Positions 27,439 to 32,863 of a stretch of DNA of 32,863 nucleotides are shown piece by piece. The translations under genes and the position numbers were made by a program. The notes beneath the pieces were generated by a model. It saw only the letters and a program-made list of their open reading frames with translations. It did not search any database and had not been told where the DNA came from. The stretch is from positions 1 through 32,863 of IMG/VR virus record IMGVR_UViG_3300048599_000105. One strand, 5' to 3'. Each line of letters begins with the position of its first letter. The first letter of the stretch is position 1. The DNA comes from a virus. Lineage: Duplodnaviria; Caudoviricetes.

Positions 27439-27456
27439 CCCCGGCCCCTCCTCAAA

Positions 27457-27627
27457 TTATCTCTCTATTCTTTTTCCGGCCATGAACCGCATGAAACCGG
27501 CGCGGCGGAGCAAATAGTCCGGCGAGGTCTCCATGACGACGTTTTCCGCCTTGATGACGGTCTGACGCGGCGGCGGCGGCGGCTTGAGCCCGACGAGGGC
27601 GGCGTTCTGTCGCTTTATGATCGGCAT
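27457..27627 (-). CDS. Hypothetical protein (56 aa)
   Basis: ATG 27627 with purine-rich RBS; fills the gap in the operon. Confidence 0.5.
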   Translation of the reverse strand: MPIIKRQNAALVGLKPPPPPRQTVIKAENVVMETSPDYLLRRAGFMRFMAGKRIER

Positions 27628-27827
27628 GTCTCCCGCTCCTCTCCCTGGCACTCCGCGCAAACGTCCTCTTGTTCTCCGTCGCCGTTCTCTCTCCTGATCC
27701 ACCCGGCGTCCCGCTTTGCCCGCGCCGCTTCCCGGTACTCGAATTTCGGCGGCAGCTCGTTCCCGCAGATATTGCAAACGGGCTTATAAAGGACGCCGCC
27801 GGCGCCGTAATATTTTTCGATGCTCAT
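27615..27827 (-). CDS. Small zinc-ribbon protein (70 aa)
   Basis: CNICG...AGW...CAEC; GGAGG RBS, ATGA overlap. Confidence 0.7.
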   Translation of the reverse strand: MSIEKYYGAGGVLYKPVCNICGNELPPKFEYREAARAKRDAGWIRRENGDGEQEDVCAECQGEERETCRS

Positions 27828-28588
27828 TTGGCGTCCTCCGGTATGCAGATGTTTTCAAGCTGTTCGACGTAGCGGCGCATTGCCTCCGTTATCCCGTTGA
27901 GTTTTGGAGGATACGCTAAAGACAGGGCTTTGTCGAGTTCTGCAGCCTCGTTTCCGTTCCACCCGTATACACTGTGTTTATGCATAACCTCACGGATCTC
28001 GTCCAGAGCTTTTGGCTCGTGGCCGGCGCGCTGCATTCTGCTGACGATGGTTTCAAGCTCTTGAATACGCTTTGCCATTTTCGTCCCGAGCCGGTTTCCG
28101 ATGTCATGCATCGACTCCCTATCTTCGATATATCTGCGGCAATAATCGGCGCGATCAAAATGAAACGGCGTCCTGTCTGAGCTCAGGTGATTGAAAAAGA
28201 TATGCATCAAAAACGTGGGGTCAATATCGATATTCCTCCATATGGCCCGCTTCTTCATCTTGACTTCTTTCGTCTCTGGGTTGAACCACATAAGGCCGAT
28301 GCTGTCAGGCAGTTCCTCACGCTGGATCATCCCCTTTGGACACGCTATGTATAGCTCATGGAAGTACGGCAGATAAGCATAAAACTTGTTGTCGGCCTTG
28401 AAATCACTCCGCGAAACCTTGACCTCATACCCGATGATCGCAGGGGTTGACCAGCTTTTCTTGATTGCAACGGCATCAAAGCGAAACCCGCCGCGAGCCG
28501 AGGGCCCGTTCATAACTTCCGTTGAAAAAAAGTCCATCATATGTCGTAAGCTGAGCGCCTCTTTGATGTCATATGCGGTTGTACTCAT
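27824..28588 (-). CDS. MmcB-like PD-(D/E)xK nuclease-fold protein (254 aa)
   Basis: 'RFDAVAI...GYEVKVSRSDFKAD.K...YIACP...ELP..IGL'. Confidence 0.8.
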   Translation of the reverse strand: MSTTAYDIKEALSLRHMMDFFSTEVMNGPSARGGFRFDAVAIKKSWSTPAIIGYEVKVSRSDFKADNKFYAYLPYFHELYIACPKGMIQREELPDSIGLMWFNPETKEVKMKKRAIWRNIDIDPTFLMHIFFNHLSSDRTPFHFDRADYCRRYIEDRESMHDIGNRLGTKMAKRIQELETIVSRMQRAGHEPKALDEIREVMHKHSVYGWNGNEAAELDKALSLAYPPKLNGITEAMRRYVEQLENICIPEDAK

Positions 28589-28599
28589 AACCCGCTCCC

Positions 28600-28842
28600 C
28601 TACGCGATCTCTTCGGCTGCCGGTTCCGGCTCTGGTACGGTAATCCCCAGTGTCTCGTTGATCGCTGCGACGATCTTCGGCGTCGCGTTTTGGCCGCTGA
28701 GAATTTTATAGAGATAGCCTCCATCGAAGAAAAGACCGGTTTTCTCCTTTACCTCCTCGATAAGCCATCCCTGTGAACGGTCAATATCAACAAGCCGTTT
28801 CTTGATTTCTTTACCATATTGACAAATTTTCCCTGTATTCAA
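28600..28842 (-). CDS. Cro-like XRE HTH protein (80 aa)
   Basis: First gene of the leftward early operon; TTG start with GAGGGGTG RBS; 'EIKKRLVDIDRSQGWLIEEV...YLYKILSG'. Confidence 0.8.
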   Translation of the reverse strand: MNTGKICQYGKEIKKRLVDIDRSQGWLIEEVKEKTGLFFDGGYLYKILSGQNATPKIVAAINETLGITVPEPEPAAEEIA

Positions 28843-28861
28843 TTTTTTTCACCCCTCACTA

Positions 28862-28890
28862 TTGACAATTACGTAATTTGGTAATATTCT
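28862..28890 (+). promoter_or_regulatory. Sigma-A promoter for the repressor
   Basis: TTGACA-17 bp-TATTCT. Confidence 0.7.
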
Positions 28891-28988
28891 TACGTTGCTA
28901 CACAAAAGAATTACGGAATTACGTTTTACGTGTTTATAGTAATACGTTATTACGTTATTGTCAACATAATTATGACGTTATTCCGTAA
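28869..28988. promoter_or_regulatory. Four 16-bp operator-like imperfect palindromes (consensus TTACG-N6-CGTAA)
   Basis: 28869-28884 TTACGTAATTTGGTAA; 28911-28926 TTACGGAATTACGTTT; 28942-28957 ATACGTTATTACGTTA; 28973-28988 TGACGTTATTCCGTAA. Confidence 0.75.
28936..28964 (-). promoter_or_regulatory. Sigma-A promoter for cro / the early lytic operon
   Basis: TTGACA-17 bp-TACTAT on the minus strand. Confidence 0.75.
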
Positions 28989-28997
28989 TTTTCGACT

Positions 28998-29363
28998 ATG
29001 CATAAACGGGGTGCGTTGTTTTTGTTGCCTTTATACGAAAAAATAGATACATTATGTAAATCTCACGGTATTACTGTGACTGAGTTGTGTCGCCGAATCG
29101 GTATATCACGCGCTTTGTTGAGTGACTATAAGGCCGGAAGAATTAAGAATATAGGAACATCCGCTCTTCAAAAGATTGCTGACTTTTTCACTGTTTCGGT
29201 TGATTATCTTCTCGGAAATGAAAAGTTGCCCGTTATCCTTTCGGACGACGGGCAACGGGAATATGATGAAATTTTTAACGGCTTGAGTGCTGATACTCGT
29301 GCCAAATGGCTTGAACTGGGTCGCCTTTTTTTAGACGCTCAGCGCAATAATGAAAAAAAGTGA
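28998..29363 (+). CDS. CI-like XRE repressor without peptidase S24 domain (start may be TTG 29022)
   Basis: 'GITVTELCRRIGISRALLSDYK...LQKIADFFTVSVDYLLG'; short helical C-terminus; divergent from cro. Confidence 0.88.
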   Translation: MHKRGALFLLPLYEKIDTLCKSHGITVTELCRRIGISRALLSDYKAGRIKNIGTSALQKIADFFTVSVDYLLGNEKLPVILSDDGQREYDEIFNGLSADTRAKWLELGRLFLDAQRNNEKK

Positions 29364-29439
29364 GGAATTCCCTCTGCTGCTCAGGTGTCAGGTTAATTTC
29401 TTCTTCTGAACTGTTTTGACTATGCTCATCATCATTCAT
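29275..29439 (-). CDS. Unannotated 54-aa protein, candidate anti-repressor, overlapping the cI 3' end in antisense
   Basis: GAGGT RBS before ATG 29439; MNDDEHSQNSSEEEINLTPEQQREFLTFFHYCAERLKKGDPVQAIWHEYQHSSR*; directly downstream of the riboswitch terminator. Confidence 0.6.
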   Translation of the reverse strand: MNDDEHSQNSSEEEINLTPEQQREFLTFFHYCAERLKKGDPVQAIWHEYQHSSR

Positions 29440-29493
29440 AATACCTCGCTTTCCTTTCGGTTGTGGATGTATCTAAATCACTTAATCATACCC

Positions 29494-29520
29494 AAATAAA
29501 ATGACGGCCCTGCAGCCGTC
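29494..29520 (-). terminator. Intrinsic terminator forming the riboswitch expression platform
   Basis: GACGGC-TGCAGG-GCCGTC-ATTTTATTT. Confidence 0.7.
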
Positions 29521-29534
29521 GTAAAGCATGATAC

Positions 29535-29622
29535 ATGCTTTGTGCAACTGGCTACCCCCTATGATCTGGGGCCCTGTAGCTTTGCGCCGCCGGCTCTCGC
29601 CGGGTTTGCCAAATATATAATT
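29535..29622 (-). ncRNA. Cyclic di-GMP-I (GEMM) riboswitch aptamer
   Basis: Minus strand GGCAAACCCGGC-GAGA-GCCGGCGGCGCAAAGCTACAGGGCCCC...GGGGGTAGCCAGTTGC matches the GEMM consensus: GGCAAAC, GNRA-capped P2, CGCAAAGC junction, P3 and AGCCAGTTGC. Confidence 0.88.
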
Positions 29623-29645
29623 TTCTACCGTTTTGCGGTAAATTC

Positions 29646-29673
29646 ATTATACATCCAGCCATAATAAACGCAA
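29646..29673 (-). promoter_or_regulatory. Promoter driving the riboswitch transcript
   Basis: TTGCGT-16 bp-TATAAT, about 35 nt upstream of the aptamer core. Confidence 0.6.
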
Positions 29674-29793
29674 TGGAAATAGTAATATTTATCCGTTTTG
29701 TACAAACAGAATCATAAAATATGACGGTTTTCATCCCCGCCGTGTATCCGTTGTGTCCCCATTTTGTCGCCTCGACAGTCCCAAAGTGCACCT

Positions 29794-29817
29794 ATATTAT
29801 AGTTTTTACTATAATAT
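29794..29817. promoter_or_regulatory. Palindrome carrying two opposed TATAAT boxes
   Basis: ATATTATAGT-TTTT-ACTATAATAT upstream of the Arc-like gene. Confidence 0.5.
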
Positions 29818-29830
29818 GGGGGTTACGTCG

Positions 29831-30010
29831 ATGACGGAGGAACGAAAAGAAACAAAGCTTCGGATAAGCTACGCGCTTTGGGAACAGGTCGCGGCGATCG
29901 CAAAGAATGAGGGCCGCTCAGTCAACGCTCAGATTGAGTATTTCGTCGCCCAGTGCGTCAGTACATATAAACCCTCAATCCTAGGTAAGAGAAAAAAGGC
30001 CAATCGATAG
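29831..30010 (+). CDS. Arc-family ribbon-helix-helix protein (59 aa)
   Basis: 'TKLRISYALWEQVAAIAKNEGRSVNAQIEY' Arc signature; GGGGGT RBS. Confidence 0.82.
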   Translation: MTEERKETKLRISYALWEQVAAIAKNEGRSVNAQIEYFVAQCVSTYKPSILGKRKKANR

Positions 30011-30116
30011 GATTGATTTATTCTATCTCCAATAGTGTCTAATTGAACGTACAGTGCGCGGAAATTATCGATGTTTTGAATAACCCGCTCGCGGGATAAA
30101 GAGAAAGAGTGATATC

Positions 30117-30527
30117 GTGAAAAAAATCCTTGTTCTGTATATTTTTGTTTTTACGCTTGTTTTATCCGGATGTTCCTCTTTCAGCTACAAGGAAACGCAT
30201 GGTTATGAAAATCAGATATCGCAAAATATAGGCATGACTGAGGCCAATGGCCTTAAAGCTGTTTCAGTCATGAAAAAACTGAATGAATACCGCGTCACTG
30301 TTTTTTTTACCGAACCTGTCGATAAATCATCATTCCTTAGCCTCTGTAAAGATGTAAAGAACGACGTTACCGATGCTTTTGGCGCGAAATCCGGTAATAT
30401 TAAAGAGTTGATGATTTCCTTGTCCGAAAACGGTAAATATGTGTTGAATATGAATTCCTATGACCTCGCGTCCGGTAATCTTATTGATTCCGCCGCGAAT
30501 ACTATCACAACAATAACCCTTGACTAA
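30117..30527 (+). CDS. Lipoprotein in the lysogeny module (136 aa)
   Basis: MKK + hydrophobic stretch + lipobox LSGC; AT-rich. Confidence 0.8.
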   Translation: MKKILVLYIFVFTLVLSGCSSFSYKETHGYENQISQNIGMTEANGLKAVSVMKKLNEYRVTVFFTEPVDKSSFLSLCKDVKNDVTDAFGAKSGNIKELMISLSENGKYVLNMNSYDLASGNLIDSAANTITTITLD

Positions 30528-30534
30528 ATTAAGA

Positions 30535-30648
30535 ATGAAAAAAGTCTTAATCATTGCTATTTTTGTCGTGCTTATGGTTCTAGCTTTCTATATCGGGTAT
30601 CATATCGGGCAAGAGAGCAATGTCATCCGAATTTATACGCAAAAATGA
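30535..30648 (+). CDS. Small single-TM peptide (37 aa)
   Basis: MKKVLIIAIFVVLMVLAFYIGYHIGQESNVIRIYTQK* exactly fills the gap between lipoprotein and integrase; RBS is weak. Confidence 0.5.
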   Translation: MKKVLIIAIFVVLMVLAFYIGYHIGQESNVIRIYTQK

Positions 30649-30660
30649 CCGGAGGCGCTT

Positions 30661-31791
30661 ATGATCTGCCGGAAGTGTAAAAAGGAAATCGACGAGACGC
30701 CGTTTTGTCCGCTCTGCGGGACGAAACAGGAGACGCCGGCGCAAAAGGCAAAGGCCCGAGGGAACGGGACGGGGTCTGTGTATAAGCACGGCGATACTTG
30801 GGTCTCCGCCATTACGATCGGTAAGAAAAAGGTCGACGGCAAGATCCGCTATGTCCGCAAGACAAAAGGCGGCTTTAAGACGAAAAAGGACGCCGTCGCG
30901 TACCTCTCCGATCTTCTGAACGGAACAGCGGAGAAAAAGCCCCGTGCCGTCACGCTGGACAGCTTATGGGAAAGTTATAAAAACGGCCCGTTTAAAAAAC
31001 TCAGCGCGAATACGCAGTCGGCATACAAAACAGCACGGCATAAGATGGACGATATATTTTTTTCGGATATCCGCCTTATAAATATCGACGATCTGCAGCG
31101 CTGTGTCGATCAACACGCCAAAACCTACGACCCGGCGAAAGACATGCAGAGCGTATTATCCCATTGCTATAATTTCGCAATGGCGGAGCAGTTCGTCACC
31201 GTCAACCTGTCGAAGTTTATCACGCTGCCGGTGAATAGCCCCGAGGATGGTATTCCGTTTTCGGAAGCTGAAATTAACAGCTTGTGGGAGCATTACGGCC
31301 ATGGTGACAAGGTCGCCGGGTATGCGCTCCTGATGATCTATTCCGGGATGATGCCTGGCGAGCTATTCAAGGCAGATAAAAATATGATTGATTTTGATAA
31401 CCAAACAATAGTCGGCGCCGGAATGAAAACAAAAAAGCGCCGGTCGACGCCGATCGTGATCGCCGACTTTATGCTCCCTGTTCTCCGGGATCTCTGCGAT
31501 TACTCTCAGGGTGTCAAGCTCTGCTTTACCTCGCGGGATAGATTTTACATTGCATTCCGAGAAATGCTCACTCGTTGCGACTGCCGGCCAGCGTTGACGC
31601 CGTATTCCTGCCGGCACACAACGGCGACGCTCTCCGCCCTCGGGAACGTCGCTCAATCTGTCCTTTTGGAAATTATGCGTCAGAAAAAATTCACGACGAC
31701 CCAGCGGTATATACACATCGACGTGTCTAAATCACTTGAGGCGATCAACACACTCAAAGCGGAGCTTTTAAAACAAGAGACGCCGGAGTAA
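30661..31791 (+). CDS. int: Tyrosine integrase with N-terminal zinc ribbon (376 aa)
   Basis: CRKC..CPLC; 'RGNGTGSVYK', 'GGFKTKKDA'; catalytic region 'YSGMMPGEL', 'PYSCRHT', 'TTQRYIH'; adjacent to att. Confidence 0.9.
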   Translation: MICRKCKKEIDETPFCPLCGTKQETPAQKAKARGNGTGSVYKHGDTWVSAITIGKKKVDGKIRYVRKTKGGFKTKKDAVAYLSDLLNGTAEKKPRAVTLDSLWESYKNGPFKKLSANTQSAYKTARHKMDDIFFSDIRLINIDDLQRCVDQHAKTYDPAKDMQSVLSHCYNFAMAEQFVTVNLSKFITLPVNSPEDGIPFSEAEINSLWEHYGHGDKVAGYALLMIYSGMMPGELFKADKNMIDFDNQTIVGAGMKTKKRRSTPIVIADFMLPVLRDLCDYSQGVKLCFTSRDRFYIAFREMLTRCDCRPALTPYSCRHTTATLSALGNVAQSVLLEIMRQKKFTTTQRYIHIDVSKSLEAINTLKAELLKQETPE

Positions 31792-31874
31792 TTTCTATTG
31801 CTTTCCCACTGCTCATATTTGTCGAGTGACTCCCGCTCCGTGCTTGCAATTCCTATGCTTATTATTTTGGTATT

Positions 31875-31939
31875 CTCCCCTGCTAAGGGAGTAGAGCGTG
31901 ATGAGCGCTGCGAGGGTTCAAATCCCTCCTTCTCCGCCA
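31875..31939 (+). pseudogene. 3' fragment of tRNA-Ser(GCU) = attachment-site core at the right prophage junction
   Basis: Anticodon arm CTCCC-CTGCTAA-GGGAG, long variable arm, T-arm GAGGG-TTCAAAT-CCCTC, acceptor 3' strand CTTCTCC-GCCA; the D-arm and 5' acceptor strand are absent. Confidence 0.88.
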
Positions 31940-31980
31940 AAACCCGCAAATGCTTGCAGTACAAGCGTATGCGGGTTTTT
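31939..31980 (+). terminator. Hairpin/terminator after the tRNA fragment
   Basis: AAAACCCGCA..TGCTTG-CAGTA-CAAGCG..TGCGGGTTTTT. Confidence 0.6.
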
Positions 31981-32086
31981 ACTTATTCGTCGTTGCAAGC
32001 CTTATCCCTTTATTTGGCACCACTGTGTAGCACTGGTGAAGCAAAACAAATTGTTTTATCAAGAGCCTCTATTTCTTCAAGCGTGC

Positions 32087-32863
32087 TTACTGCCCATCCA
32101 GTTTTAGTATCAGCTTCGTTATCCTCTCTGTGCAGTCGCGCTTTCTGTCCTCAGGCTTACGCCATGAATCTGACAGCGGAAAGTATATACTGTCTTTGAC
32201 CTTAACCCCCATGTCCCACTGACCGTTCTCGTCCCGATGCTTTTTAAGCCATGCGACGACAAACCCGAGCTTACTGCCTGCCAACTTATAGTCCGCCAAA
32301 ATCTCAATCGCTGCTAAATAATAGGTGGCTTCACGCGCAGTGAAATCCTCCGGCAGTACGTTTAAGGGATTTCCCGTTATGTAGTAAATCCCTGTCGGGT
32401 ATGAGATAACAAAATCGAGCATCCGGCTTTCTGTTTCGGGAGTTAGCATATTATGAAGAAGCATCAACGGATAGAAATTTACGAAGCTTTTAAAATACCA
32501 AACATCCTTACCCTTGGGACGGAGAGCATCGCGATATGCTCTTTCATATGTATTCTGGTCATAGGAACCTGGGGCAAATGTTTCCTCCATAACCCGCGCC
32601 CATCGTGTGGCGGTTGCCAGCGCCTGCTTATGCTCCGGAAGATAGATTTTCAGCCATGTCGCGAGCATAGTTTCGACGAACAGTCCCCAATCCGGCTTCA
32701 CCTCCGCACTGTCTGGAATTGAGGATACGCCGCTGATGCATTTTTCGACATATTCCAGAGCGCGACGCACATGCTCGTCGTCTTTCGTCAAGCCTAAAAT
32801 GCGAAGACGCCTAAGAGCTTGTTCGGTGGTCATTGGCTGCTTCTTCGTCGGTTGGCTCAGTGT
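32087..32863 (-). CDS. Hypothetical helical protein outside the prophage (frame stays open to the window edge; 5' end probably missing)
   Basis: 248-aa ORF plus 10 more open codons upstream; 'WLKKHRDENGQW' resembles a prenyltransferase/squalene-cyclase-type repeat. Confidence 0.6.
   Translation of the reverse strand, partial: TLSQPTKKQPMTTEQALRRLRILGLTKDDEHVRRALEYVEKCISGVSSIPDSAEVKPDWGLFVETMLATWLKIYLPEHKQALATATRWARVMEETFAPGSYDQNTYERAYRDALRPKGKDVWYFKSFVNFYPLMLLHNMLTPETESRMLDFVISYPTGIYYITGNPLNVLPEDFTAREATYYLAAIEILADYKLAGSKLGFVVAWLKKHRDENGQWDMGVKVKDSIYFPLSDSWRKPEDRKRDCTERITKLILKLDGQ

Larger units (their letters stand above)
1..31939. mobile_element. Temperate siphovirus prophage; left end (rest of lysis module, other att site) lies outside the window
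   Basis: Canonical module order integrase-repressor/cro-early-late activator-HNH-terminase-portal-protease-capsid-neck-tail-holin; bounded on the right by a tRNA-Ser 3' fragment. Confidence 0.96.

Noticed and set aside
24653-27453. CRISPR or integron-like array from the direct repeats
   Set aside because: There are only 2-3 copies separated by whole genes, with no cas genes, regular spacers or attC-type structure.
1872-28643. Numerous + strand and alternate-frame ORFs in the ORF track (e.g. 22789-23814, 26872-27789, 7965-8696)
   Set aside because: They are antisense or frame shadows of GC-rich minus-strand genes: Arg/Pro/Ser-rich, with no RBS or recognisable motifs.
29608-29612. 3'3'-cGAMP-specific (GEMM-Ib) riboswitch variant sensing CBASS-type signals
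   Set aside because: The specificity position equivalent to nucleotide 20 is G, not A, which predicts c-di-GMP preference; only a binding assay can fully exclude cross-reactivity.
29552-29791. 79-aa minus-strand ORF
   Set aside because: It runs across the promoter and riboswitch aptamer, lacks a good RBS and has no protein-like motifs; the sequence is better explained as regulatory RNA.
28843-29830. LexA (Cheo box, GAAC-N4-GTTC) control of the switch
   Set aside because: No convincing match was seen by eye in the intergenic regions around cI or upstream of the small ORF.
29831-30527. Type II toxin-antitoxin pair (RHH antitoxin plus toxin)
   Set aside because: The downstream gene is 106 bp away and encodes a secreted lipoprotein, not a recognisable toxin.
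31850-31939. Intact tRNA-Ser gene
   Set aside because: The sequence upstream of the anticodon stem cannot form a D-arm or pair with the acceptor 3' strand (no GGAGAAG).

Overview
Positions 1 to ~31,939 are most of an apparently intact temperate siphovirus prophage (HK97-type head, long non-contractile tail) of a Firmicutes host, probably a GC-rich clostridial one. It is integrated at a tRNA-Ser(GCU) gene, whose displaced 3' half sits just after the integrase. Nearly all phage genes are on the minus strand. From right to left: integrase and lysogeny module (+ strand), cI/cro switch, an early accessory region (MmcB-like nuclease, 3D-domain protein, two DNA methyltransferases, ASCH, a 711-aa mosaic protein, HAD, PAPS-reductase, radical SAM), an HUH rolling-circle Rep with a hairpin origin, a RinA/ArpU late activator, HNH, terminases, portal, protease, capsid, head-tail and tail genes, and the start of a holin at the left edge. 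The most striking signal is a cyclic di-GMP-I (GEMM) riboswitch with its own promoter and a readable terminator/antiterminator. It points at an unannotated 54-aa ORF that overlaps the 3' end of the repressor gene in antisense and resembles the repressor's C-terminal helix. This suggests a second-messenger-controlled lysis/lysogeny switch, in a phage whose repressor has no autocleavage domain. The second highlight is the 711-aa early protein, which contains a diverged copy of a tape-measure segment plus capsid- and terminase-like motifs. All calls were made by eye from motifs and synteny; no database searches were run.
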